The position numbers and the translations under genes were made by a program. A stretch of DNA of 64,000 nucleotides from Cenococcum geophilum (Eukaryota): NCBI GenBank assembly GCA_050273025.1, contig CP158635.1, forward strand, positions 18,228,001 to 18,292,000, given 5' to 3'. The notes beneath the pieces were generated by a model, which was given only the letters and a program-made list of their open reading frames with translations, was not told the origin of the DNA and did no database searches. This document shows positions 13,166 to 25,061 of this stretch, one piece after another; position 1 is the first letter of the stretch, and each line of letters opens with the position of its first letter.

Positions 13166-13279
13166 AATATAAAAAGAGGGAGCCCTAACACTTCCTCTTC
13201 TTCTTACCCCTATGGCCCTAGCGCCCAATATAGTGTAATATCGTCTATCCGTATAAGCGATAGTATTAAGACGGTTACT

Positions 13280-14400
13280 TTAAGCAATATACCTAGATAA
13301 CTAGTCTAGCGCATAGTTTATATAACATGTAATAATAATAAGGGGATCTCCTATTATTATATTACTAAGCAACGCCTTTAAAGCTACATTTTTCTAGTGC
13401 CTAGAGGTCCTTAGATTATTACAAAACGCTTTATAAGAACTCGTTTCAGCGCAGTGGCTTTAAGCCCTATAGTAGTTATATCTGGCCAGTCTTTAAGAAT
13501 ATAAACATTCTCAAATAAGGAAGCATCCTTAATAGCTATAATTGAGCTAAGATCCGTATAAGGCTTATTTATAACGTATTATAGTGCTTTAATATTCTAT
13601 TAAACTTAAACAAGGTGTTCTAATAACGGGAATCTATTAATAGTTAGATATCTTCTTATTTAAAAAACATCGCACACTTACAGCTCTCTTATTAGCTTTT
13701 ATAATACTAATATAGTATAGTAACTAACTTCATAAAATCTAGTTTATTCCTTAACCATCGTCTATAATACGGATAAGTTAATCTTAATCTCTTTAGGTCT
13801 TAAAGAATAAGTTAACCTCTAGAGGATTCTATTCTAATACAGCTAATAGTCTCGCCGCCGCTATTACAAGTATATATTTCATTTAAAAAATATTAGTCTT
13901 AGGAGTTAAAGCAACTAGAGACCTAGCGACTAGTCTTTTTAACTAATCCTAACGGATCATCTTCCCTACTCTCCTAAGTAAGAACGCCACGCGGATTACT
14001 AGCCCTTAAGGTAAAAATATTACTAAGCTAATATAGGCCTTATAGATGTCAGGGGATAACTGCTTTAGAATTATAGCATACTTACCTATTTATATATACC
14101 GATTCTATTACCATATCTAGATTCCGGCAAACTAAAAGGGTCTACTCTAATTTAACCCACTACCTCTCTTAACGGTTTAATTATATCTTCTCTTAAAAGA
14201 TTATACTAAGAGCTTAGATACTCCTCTATTAAGCTAGACGGACCTAAGATCTTATTAACTTATAGTAGAATATCTCCGTTTTCGCTGATAATATTCTAGC
14301 CCTTATTAGGGATATTAAGTATTTTAGCGGAGGTTAGGACCTCTAATCGTGCTAACTAGGCTCCACTAGTTAAGGGCTAACTAGGCGTCTTAAAGTATTA
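13280..14400 (-). pseudogene. N-terminal fragment of an Hrr1/SAD-3/ZNFX1-type UPF1-like RNA helicase, with intron
   Basis: Minus strand reads EEYLSS*YNLLREDIIKPLRE..., then a GTAAGT..CTGAC..AG intron (~14090-14039), GKMIR*D*LKRLVARSLVALTP, ALKRVLIKRFVII*GPLGTRK (restores to IIQGPPGTGK) and GDPLIIITC..NYALD*L (restores to TNHALDQ). Similarity ends soon after motif Ia. Confidence 0.85.
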
Positions 14401-14749
14401 ATAAATATAGTTACTAGTATATATTAAGCTGCCTAGAAGGGATTTATATATATAGAACTATAGCGCTATAGCCTAGAGGCTATATACGCAGTATTATACG
14501 TAGTATAATACAATAGAGATAAAAAAAAAATTTATATATATATATATAAAAAGTATTACCGAATTTAGGTACTAAATCGAGCTTATTAAGACGGAGGAGA
14601 CATAAAATAGATAGGAGGAGGCTTATAAGTCCAGGTAGTATAGCGGGTAGAGAAGCGTTCGCTAATACACTTATTTATTTCTTATAAGATATTTAACCAA
14701 TTGTTTTATATATAACTAAACAATATAGTTACCTATCTACACAATCCTA

Positions 14750-15600
14750 TATATTAGTCTTAGCGCGTAATTAAGACGTCTTTCCTACCGCACCTCCCCC
14801 AACGCTTTTGGAATTATAGTATTAATAATAGACCTAAGCCATAACACCAAAGACACTCTTAAGCGAGATCTTAGGGTTACGAATAAACAATACAATACGA
14901 TCTACTATAATATTAAAATTAAAATGTCGACGCGCGGGCTCCTTAGATAGCCACTACGCTCCCTTATAAGTAAGGTATAAATACGGCAAATATTAAACGA
15001 AATCTCTAATGAATTCCTATTTATATTTCTAGGTTTACCTAAGAATTTATATACTAAATATATTAAACAACTTACCTAGCACTACAGCTATAACGCGACG
15101 TATTAAATAAACAAAACGGCTCCTATTAGGCAAATTACAATAGGCAACCTAGTACTCCCACACTCCGCCATCGCGTATTATCCACCGGCCGGCATACCAA
15201 AGGTAATAAGGTAGGAGGGAACACTAAGGTTATATAGGATAATAATAATACTAATCCGGCGGGCAGCTGACAAAGAGCTAATAATTATCCCAACCCAAAA
15301 GCTAGCAATTAGTAAGAATAACGCCCTAAATATATATATTAATAATCCAAGCTTTAATATATTTATAGACATGCTAGGCTAGGATATTAACTTTAACTCT
15401 AAAAGCAAAATGCTTTACTACTATGTTAGCAACAAGATAGCTAGAGAACGAATTCAGCTTATAAATAAAGAGAAATGGCATAGTGCGGTTAAGGATATAT
15501 TTCTATAAGAAATAAATAGGTTTTTATTTATAATAGAACAAAGAAGAACAAGTAAGTTACTATTTAAAGTTAATTTAGCGTTACTAACTCGTATTTATAG
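14750..15600 (+). pseudogene. RIP-degraded hypothetical protein
   Basis: Nearly open protein-like frame (DLSHNTKDTLKRDLRVTNKQYNTIYYNIK...PSFNIFIDMLG*DINF...INKEKWHSAVKDIF). No family assigned. Confidence 0.4.
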
Positions 15601-17499
15601 TCTACGCTGCCAGCCAAGAACAATACAATCACTTACCCTCTATTTCCGCACCCTTGCCTTTACTAAATAACTTATACTCTATACGTATAAGAATAGGTAG
15701 AATAGGTAAATAGGTTAATACTAAGGCGATACTTAAGCTATAGCTATCCTAAAAAACCTCTCCTAGTCAAAAAAGAGCCCTTACTCTACGCCTTAACCCG
15801 TAACAAAAAAGGCGAAGGCAACTATAACCGCAGCATAGATTATGCGCCTTAAAGCCACTACTTTATTCGGAATACTTACTGGTTTAATAGATTACTATAT
15901 ATAAAGGTAGACGGCTTAATATTAGAGCCCTTCGGCGTGCTATTAAGCGAGGGAGTCTCAGAATAATATGTCTTAGGATATTCTTATAACTTATCCAGCA
16001 TTTTTAAAACGCCTAAGGGGATTAGATAATAAAGCCTAAAGTTTATACCTATTCTTTCTAGTGAACTCGTTAGGGTAATATATATTAATACCGTCCCTGG
16101 CTCGCTCTTAGTATTTAATACCTAATCCTTATATCTATACTTACGCTTTCCTTACTATTCTGCTAAATTTAATTGCTATTATAATACATATATAGGGGAT
16201 AGGTTAGGCTTACTATAGGCTAGCAAGGTTAACAACACGGAAGAATAACGTTGGATATTTACGGTAGAAATACTAGGTGTTGTATAAGGGTGTAGAATAT
16301 GGCGATATAACTATATAGAAGTGTCATTACTATCCTATATACCGCCTGTGCCTACCCTAGTATTATCTATACTAGCGAGCTACATAGATAAGGTAGATAA
16401 GCTTCGCTTTAAACGCGAGACGAGTGTTAAACCTAGTATAAGTAGACTAGAATAAGGTATAGGATCTAAAAGCCAGCGCCTTAGGTGGGTAAAGTAGTTT
16501 AATAAGGTACCTCCCTATTAAATTTAGACACAAGCCTTACTAGCCTACTACTTTTATTACTAGGATTAACGTTTAACCTTTTATATACCTATACCGTATC
16601 TGCTAAAAGATATGCTAATAGAATAAAATAGTTTCGCGTATAATAGCAAATAGTATTAAACAATCTTTAACTATATAATAATGTTTTCTTAACTACTAAC
16701 TTAACGCGAGTTAATAGGTCGCGGTCGCGGCTTAACTATAACCGGTTAGAACTAGTAGCTAATTACAATAAATGCACCCCTATTTAAGTTATTTGCAAGC
16801 ACTATAGCAATAATACTCCTACTAATACTGCCATTAGTCTAATATATACTATACCAGTATATATTCTTTTAAGTTATTAATCTATATACGCTCTAGACAT
16901 TATAGAAATAGCTATAAGGTAACCTATTTTAGCTATAAGCTATACATTCTGCTAACCAGGCAAATATAGGAGTGTTACTATAGTAGGTAAACGTAAAAAC
17001 GCGTTATTAAACACTTAAACTAGTAGCAAGAACCCTACTTTAAGTTAACGTATAATAAGGAAACGAGGATAACTAGTATAATTAACCTTACGTCTCTACC
17101 TAGCCTACTACTAGAAGTTGCCTACGTCCTAGCTAATAGAAGGAAAAACGCGCTAACGGAGAATAAGTATGTAGAGCCTAGCTAGAATAAGCACGTGGAA
17201 CCTAGCTAGAACGAGCAATATTATAACTCTGGTTTAGTTATATTTGGGCGTAAAAAGGAGCAGGCACGTAATAGACCCTATTAACGTCGTATATAATATA
17301 TTAAGCTGGCTAATAATATATAGAATGTATATGGCCGCCTCTAGCTAAAAAGGGTAATCTCTAATAATAAGGATAGTGACTGCGAGTCTATACCTGCTTC
17401 TTTTATAAAACGATAGTAACTAAATATTAATAAATCTACTAAATTTATTAATAATCTGGTAGTAGAACTAGCTTAGTTAAAAACGTAAAGTCCCAATCT

Positions 17500-19500
17500 T
17501 TTAGTTAAGGTAGGTTATACCTTTATATATAACCGGAGTCTAACTATAATACTTAATAGTCTCCTCTACTATTTAGTACTTAATGGGCCCTAGTAAATAA
17601 AACACTCTCTTTACTATCTAACCGCCAACCGCTATAAAAAGTAGCATCTTCGCAATATACCTCCGGCTCTTAATAATTGCGTATTAGTTTAAAATACTTT
17701 CCTATATATCTAATCCGTACCTTACTGCGTAAATAATTACGTACTAGTTTAAAATACTCTTCCGCGCGCCTAATCTATACCTTATCGCGTAAATAACTAA
17801 TATTTAGCTTTATATTCTCCCTAGTAAGCCGTGTCCGCCTAAACCCTAATATAGCTTCGTCCATAAGACAAGTAACCTCCCTCTAATACAGAGTACACTA
17901 ACCTAGTATTTAATCTAAAGGGGACCTAAATAGCGCTAGGGAAAGTAAGGACGAGTTAGACTATAAAGACGATTTTAACCTAACTGCCGCGCTATAGGCA
18001 AGAGAAGAGTACCTCTAAATATTATAACGGCGACGTATAAAAGAAAACCTACCTAAGAGATATAAGCCTATATTTGCGCTTTGTAGGTCCATTTTACTAG
18101 TAAGACTAGTAACTAACTCTGGGACTTATAATAGGCATCTTATTAACCCGTAGTTCGACCGCTTTTTAGGCCTTATTAAGGATATAATAAAAAAGGCATA
18201 GTTAGAAGCCATTTTAAAGCAGCTAAAAGCAGTGTAAAAAAAAGCTAATCGTATTCCTGACCCGGTGTCCGCTTGTAAGGTATCTATATACTAGAAATAT
18301 TATATTAAATTATCCACTAACAATCTTAATATTATATATAGCTATTTAACGTAATAGGGAACTTTAGGAACTACGCGATTATAAAGGCTTATATAATTAT
18401 AAGGGAGGTATATAGGCTAGGGTTTAACAACGCGCCTGAACTTATTATGGAACTACTAACTAATTACAATTTTATTGCGCTGGATTATACAAAGGTATTT
18501 TGCCCGTGCTATTTAGTAAAATACTAATAAGAGTTAATAGCTAAGTAATAACCGCTTCCGTTTTAACGCGATAGTTACTAGCATAGCTAGTATATTTTAT
18601 AGTAGAGGAAAGAACGGCCTTACCTAATTACCCTGCTCTTATAATATATTTAAAAAGCTTACCGGTAACACTATTACTTTTATTTTAATAGCAATATATT
18701 ATATAATTAGGGAGTATAGAACTGGGTCTAAGGGAACAGATAACTTTTATAGTACTATTATTAGTAGTTAGTGCATATCCAGTATTTTACTACCTATTAT
18801 TATTCTCTAACCCGTTATAGAAGCCTACGCTAACCTCTTAGGCGGCTAGAACCAAATATCTAGAAAACGGCAATCTAGAATCTAGCTACGGCTTTAGCCT
18901 ATAGTTATTAAATATACTACAGGCCTAATGCCGGATTAATTAACTATAGAAATTATTAAGGACCTATATAAAGATAACCTTAATAACCTTATAGCGGATC
19001 TAAGCAATAATGTAAGAGAGAGGTTCCTTATAAGCCTTAGCGATAACGAAACTAACGCGATTATTAACTTAGGCTATTTATTAGTGAGCCAGGCTATACT
19101 ATCTAATCCACTAAGCCTATCTCAAAGGGAGAGCTCTAGAGTAGGCTAAACTAGTTTACTAAGTCTGTCCCAAATAGAGAGCTCTAAAGTAGGCCAAACT
19201 AGTCCACCAAGTCTATCTTAAAGGGAGAGCTCTAGAGTAAGCTAGAAAATCTAGGGCCTTACTACTACTACGATATTTGCTAATTCAACTTTTAGAACTA
19301 GCTAAGTTTATTAAATTCAGTAGAATATACATCCTCTGCCCTAGTTTATTACTTTATCCTAAATACAGGAACTAGCAAGCCTAGGCCGGAAAGGTTTAAA
19401 TCTAATAAGTTATTTATACAATTTAAGCAGTACTATAGCCTTATAGAGGATAGCTATAGCTAATATAGTAACGGGAAAGTAATATTAAATTTAATTAAGA
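17500..19500 (+). pseudogene. DUF6532-like hypothetical protein with Ser/Gln-rich tail, RIP-degraded
   Basis: ~18550-18730 reads RFRFNAIVTSIASIFYSRGKNGLT*LPCSYNIFKKLTGNTITFILIAIYYIIREYRTG, resembling the DUF6532 C-terminal pattern (F..P.I..AI...WF.....G......F..I....IA.V.TAI...I.EW.TG). Recognised from memory. Confidence 0.45.
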
Positions 19501-19967
19501 ATAAGGAGCAGTATATAAAGTTTATAATATATACTCTAGACTCTAGTATAGAGGAGCTAGTAGAGTTTTTAGTAGGAGATTAGGTGCAGGACTTTCTATA
19601 TTCTCCTATAGGATAACTACGGCTTCTTTATTATATATACTAGCTCTTAATCTACCTTTCTTTCGGCCTATATCTGCTACTCTTAGTAGCTACTTTTTGG
19701 CTATATATATATACTATGCTAGTAAAGCTAAATACTTATATTATATTATTATCGTAGGGAAAGCAGGAAAGGTTTTATAATTTTAGAATATATTATAAAA
19801 CAGTTAGAATATTATATTATATTATCTAAAATAATATATTAGATTATATAAGAAAGTGTATACAATTTACCTTACTAGCCTTATAAATAGCTTTAAAGTA
19901 GCCTTTTTTATTATCTAAAATATACTATTGGTATAAAAGAGGTAGATGGCTCCAAATACAATTATAG

Positions 19968-20036
19968 TTGCAGGTTGCGTGCAGGTTACGCGCAGGTTGC
20001 GCATAGGTTGCGCGCAGGCTGCGCGTAGGCTGCGTG
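19968..20036. repeat. 11-bp tandem repeat gcaggttgcgc (~6 copies), candidate subterminal array
   Basis: gcaggttgcgt gcaggttacgc gcaggttgcgc ataggttgcgc gcaggctgcgc gtaggctgcgt; a GC-rich island next to the junction with Gypsy pol at ~20130. Confidence 0.85.
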
Positions 20037-20129
20037 TCAAAAAAACACGACATAGGCTAGTCGGTCGGGTTGCCAAATGCCCTCAACTGCGCGCCAATTG
20101 CGTCAACCACCAACCATTAAGGCCATTAG

Positions 20130-23100
20130 AAGGGTACTATATTTTGCCGATATATATAGTAGTAGTTAGTTATAAATAGGGTAATAAGGGGTTCCTTAGG
20201 TTAATATCCTAGGGAGTAAATAGAGGTGGCTAGGCTATACCCTAGGCAAGTCTCTCTACAGTATTTAAAGTTAAAGGTTACTTCTCTCTTCTTCTAGTTA
20301 ATGGTAGGGTTATATTATTTAAGCTAGTTTATTTTAAGAATAATAGGGTAGTTAGTAAGTAGTATAATATAGGCCTAAAGTTTTTCCTAGTGCCTATTTA
20401 TATCTAGGTAGAGTTATACTATATAGGTAATCTTCTATACAATATAATTACCGTTAGCGAGTTATAGGGCACAGGCTTTAGTAAGGGGTAAGGTAAGTAA
20501 GTTATAAGTACACACAAATTAGGTATCTATAAATTTATTAATAGCTTCGCAATTAATTATAAAACAGCTTTTATATTATTTTTTAGTAGTAGTTCCTATT
20601 ATAGGTAAAACTATCTATTTCTGTCTATTTATCTTTATAGAGTTATCTATTAAGTAAGCCGATATATAAATCCCTCTATTATTAAGGCGTCCTAACCTAC
20701 AACTTAGGGCTAGGACTTAGCGTTTTCCGCTTCTATATCCAACTCTACCGCTATTACTATATCTTTGTCTTATACGGTAGTAGCATATAGCAACGTATTT
20801 AATATTTAGGGTATTAGGTTAAGTATTAGGCGGCAGCTACTAAACCTAGCCATTAAGCAGTTTAGGTTATTATAATAATAGCCTTCTTAATAGTATCTAT
20901 AGCAGCGTCCTAGTTTCTTAAGTAGCTCGTACTCTCCATCTAGGAGTTTTTATAGGAAGGTTAGTATAGAGAAATCAATATTAGTTCTAGTAGTACTTAA
21001 GGTAAGCTCGGACCCCTAGAACTCGGCCGCCCCCGAACTCGGCCACTTAAGCGAATCAAACCCCACCACTTTTAAAGCTATCTATACTTAATTAAATCAA
21101 CTTAACCTCCTACCCCTACGTGCAATTTAATATATTGGCCCTGGCCTTTCTACCTAGCGCATTTTCAGGCTTTGATTTTAACTCCTTTGTCGTTATTTTA
21201 GCCTCTTTTTTCTCTACCTCCTCTATACCTTACTTAACCAAATCTATATTTCTAAAATCTATATTTAGACCTATAGCCACCCACCTATGAATTTTTAGAC
21301 CTTTAAGGTCTTTAAGCTACGATTGCGAGCTATATATTTAAGCGTCCTTATATATAGTCTCTACAGTAAGTTGCTTAAGTTAGTGACTTCCTTTTTAGAA
21401 AAGTAACTAAGTCTTTTAACTAAGTATATATTTGTTATAAAGGCTATAAACTACTTAATATATATTATAAGGCTTTTTTAGGATGTCTATAGTATTAAAC
21501 TAATAACGGTTAGCTTATTTAAAGCTTAAAGCCTTTATTAAAGCCTTATTTTTAACCTATAAAGACTTAAAGCCCTTACGTAGATTCTATAGATAAATAC
21601 TAAAGGTATACTACCTAAATTTAACTATTTTTGCTAAAAGACCTTCCTTTTAGGCTTTGTAGTTATACTTAGTAAAGCAGCACCCTTTAATTTAAGTTAT
21701 ATTATAAAGAAATATAAGCTCTATAATTTAGTCCTAATATTTTAATTTTATAGAGGAGAAATACAATAGATTTAAGGGTTATTATATTAAATAAAGCAGT
21801 AGAAAATAAAGTTATATATTATATTATATATATTTTAATAAAAACTTAATTATATAGTGGCTTATATAGCTATTAAAAATAATAATTAAGCTTTATTGCT
21901 AAAAAACCCAGTTATATATAAGAAAATATTAGTAAATTAGTTAAATATAATAATATTTATTCTTTTAACTATTTTTTAATATTATATATACCTAATAGAG
22001 TGTTTTTCCTTGGTAGAATTATATTAATTAAAAGTGTTTTCCTTTAAAAATTATAAGAAGTTTAATTGAGTAATTAAGGGTAGATATTATCCCTATAATA
22101 AATACCTATTTATAATTATTTAGTAACTATATAAAAGTTTTCTCTTTAAAGGTATCTTTGGTAGTAATTTAGTTTATATATACACTTAATATAACTTTAA
22201 ATTTATTTATATATTGGGTATTTTCTACTTATCTATTAACCTTCCTTTATACTTTTTTATAAAGGTTATATAATTTTTAAATTTACTTTAGTTACGCCCT
22301 ATTAACTTACATACTTTCTATTAACTAGGGAAAAAAATTTATATAAATTTTTTATTTAAAATACCTAATTACCTATATTTTACTTAGGGGCTTTATATCG
22401 CTATTTTAATTAATCATTTAGATTACTATTCTTTTATAATTATATATATAAGGGAATAAATATTTATAAATTATATTTAAGTACCCAATTAATAAGCAAG
22501 GCCACCTATATAGAAGTTAATTACTATTTATATTAGTATATAAATTGCCCTAGTAGTATACCACTTAATTAATCGCTTAAAACAAACAAAGGGACACCGT
22601 ATGCAAGTATAGCTTTTCGCGCATACTTATAAACACCAGATTTAGAATCTACGATAGCTATTTATAAGTTCTACTTATTTTGGTCCATATTAATCGATTC
22701 GTTGTGGAGAAAATAAGTTGACAAATTGGTGGTTTGATTTTGGTTGGGTGGCCGACTTCCGGAGGTGGCCGAGTTCTAGGGGTCCGAGCTTAGTAGGTAT
22801 TAGTGGCTTAGTATATATAGGTTTGGTGGGCCCGGGGGGCTTTTATAAAAAGGTCTTTAGGTAAGGGTTAGCAGTAGCAATATAATTTAATTATTATTTA
22901 ATCTTCTATAGAGCTGCTACCACATTATAAACATCGTTATAATTATAGCTAGCGGCTTCGTAACTAAGGCAATAAGTAACTTTTTTTAAAAAGGTCCTCC
23001 TAGTCTTTAGTATCATCTTAGGTAAGGGCTCCGGTATATTCCTAAAATTTAATATAGAATTTATTACATAATTTAGTAGGGCTTATTTTTAGAATACGTA

Positions 23101-24416
23101 GTTTAGCTTAGTTAGTGGCTAGTAGGTTATAGTCGCGGTATATTAGGTTAAGATTATTAAGGACTTTTTAGTAGGACTGCCACTTTTAGGGGCCACTAGT
23201 CTCCTATTAGGCGAAGAGTCTATTAAACAATATACCCTTTATTCGCCCGATAATATAGCTAATCTTAATATCTTCCATAGAAAAAAGGCAGGCGCTTTAA
23301 GTTAGTTTCTCGCGGATTTATATCTTCTAGTAGCTGTATTCCTTACGGTCTCCCTAAAAGACTAGAGGATTAGGGTAGCGTACATTAAACCCTATAGTGG
23401 CAGTTTAGGTCCAATTATTATAGCTTTTATTATCGCTACTTTAGTAGGGGTTTCTATTAGGTAAAGCTACTTAGCACTAGCCCTCTATTAAGCATTAAGT
23501 AGGTAAAGTTACTAAGGGCGTAAAGACTTAGGTAGCGTTATATATAGTAAAGAAGTATTTAGCGTTATTACTAATATGCTTATTAAGCTAAGATTATAGG
23601 TATTTAATTATACCTTCTCTTTTAGTAACTATAGCAATTAGTATAATCTTAGCCTTCTTTAACTATTAGACGTCGTGTTTAGACACGCGGAGGTTATCTT
23701 TAGTTTCTTAATATATATTATCAGTAAGCGCCTTATAAGCTTATAGGTCTTAGATAATATCGCAATCTTAAGCAGTATACATCTCGGCTCGTATAAGCTT
23801 TAGGTAGTAGTTCTATAAAAGGCGGTAGTATTTATTAGGGTCTTATACTACCATTTTTGCAAACGTCTCGGCGTCTTATATTAATTTTAATAGGTAATAG
23901 CCCTTCTATTTGCTTATCTATAGTTATATAGTTAATAAAAAATAAGATATTATTAGTGTCCGTCTCCTTAGGGGTTAAGGCTAGGGCTAATAAATTGAAT
24001 TCTCTTAGGATTAATTGGCGTTATAGGTTAAGTATAGGTATTGGATTATTCTTTAGGTTTAACATAGTAGCTAGTAAGGGATATCGTCTTACTATTATAG
24101 GTTCCTTAAAAGTATAAAGTAAGGTAATTTATAGACACGCTGCTTTTAGTAGCGCCTACAGTATTACAAAGACGTAGAATTGGTCGTAGGCTAAGCGTTA
24201 GTGGTAAAAAAGGCGCAATGTAATGTTATGGGACGTGGACAGTGGCTACAAAGCGTATGTATTCGAGGAGTCTACAAGACGTTGCGCGATCGATCGTAAG
24301 GGTCGAGGGCGTAAGGAGGTGATATACCTACGCGTAGCTGATATAAGCTGTACGCGAGGTGTACGCGAGAGCACGGGGCTCTCCTATAGAGGCCCCTGCA
24401 GTAGGGTTCCGTAACA
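20130..24416 (-). mobile_element. Gypsy LTR retrotransposon, 5' half (LTR, gag, protease), truncated at ~20130 and interrupted by pogo
   Basis: LTR 24224-24416 has termini tgttatgg...ccgtaaca. Protease at ~20560-20285 reads INCEAINKFIDT*F...LANG...YPIILKIN*LK*YNPTIN* (restores to DCGA...FMD; IILGMDWLKQHNPTIDW). Gag-like frames flank the pogo insertion. Confidence 0.85.
21005..22790 (-). mobile_element. pogo/Fot1 (Tc1-mariner superfamily) DNA transposon, full length, RIP-inactivated
   Basis: TIRs agctcggacccctagaactcggcc / ggccgagttctaggggtccgagct with TA TSDs at 21003-21004 and 22791-22792. ATG at 22688 opens an HTH-psq-like N-terminus (MDQNK*NL*IAIVDSKSGVYKYARKAILAYGVP). Confidence 0.93.
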
Positions 24417-25061
24417 CTTTAATATAAATAATTTATTAAGCTAGTATATAGAGTAATAGATTAAGTCTAAGAAAGATGCTTTCTAAACTAAGCTTTATTA
24501 TTAGCGTACGCTATAACCTTACCTATAAGTCGCCTATAAGTTACTAGCATAGCTAGGTTATATTAAAGTATAGCTTATATAGAATATTAATAAATTAGGC
24601 TTTACCCTATATATATGCCGCTATTCTTACTATAAGCGTTAGCTTATTCTTTAATTCCTTAGGATATTCTCTACTCTACTTTAGTATAGGTTATATCTTA
24701 GTAGTAGTGCTTACTTTTTACTTATACTTTAGCTATAAGGCTAGGGTATTCCGTTTATAGTACTTATCTAATAGTTATTAATAATTTTTAAGTTCTATCT
24801 TATATTTCTATTTATTATACTTATTTAACTAACCTAGCTATTTAATAAGGTACTATGGTTATCTAATATAATCCTAGTAGGTAATAATTACTTATATATT
24901 CTAACTACCTTTTTTAAGCTCTTTTACTACCAGGGGTTAAAACTTAGGGCATAACTTATAAGGTTTTAGTAGGGAGATATAAAAGACTAGGTGGAGTCGT
25001 ACTATAGTAGGTAAAAGCTCTAGCTTATATACTTACTACTCTATATACCTAAGGATCTAAA
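24417..25061 (-). mobile_element. Fragment of a chromovirus 3' end (integrase C-terminus and chromodomain-like region)
   Basis: Diverged duplicate of ~26030-26560. It encodes YKLELL....LHLVFYISLLK (restores to YKLELP...LHPVFHVSLLEP) and is bounded on both sides by other LTRs. Confidence 0.75.

Noticed and set aside
12782..13228. Three overlapping Y/C/L-rich ORFs
   Set aside because: Artefact of the ggacaata array.
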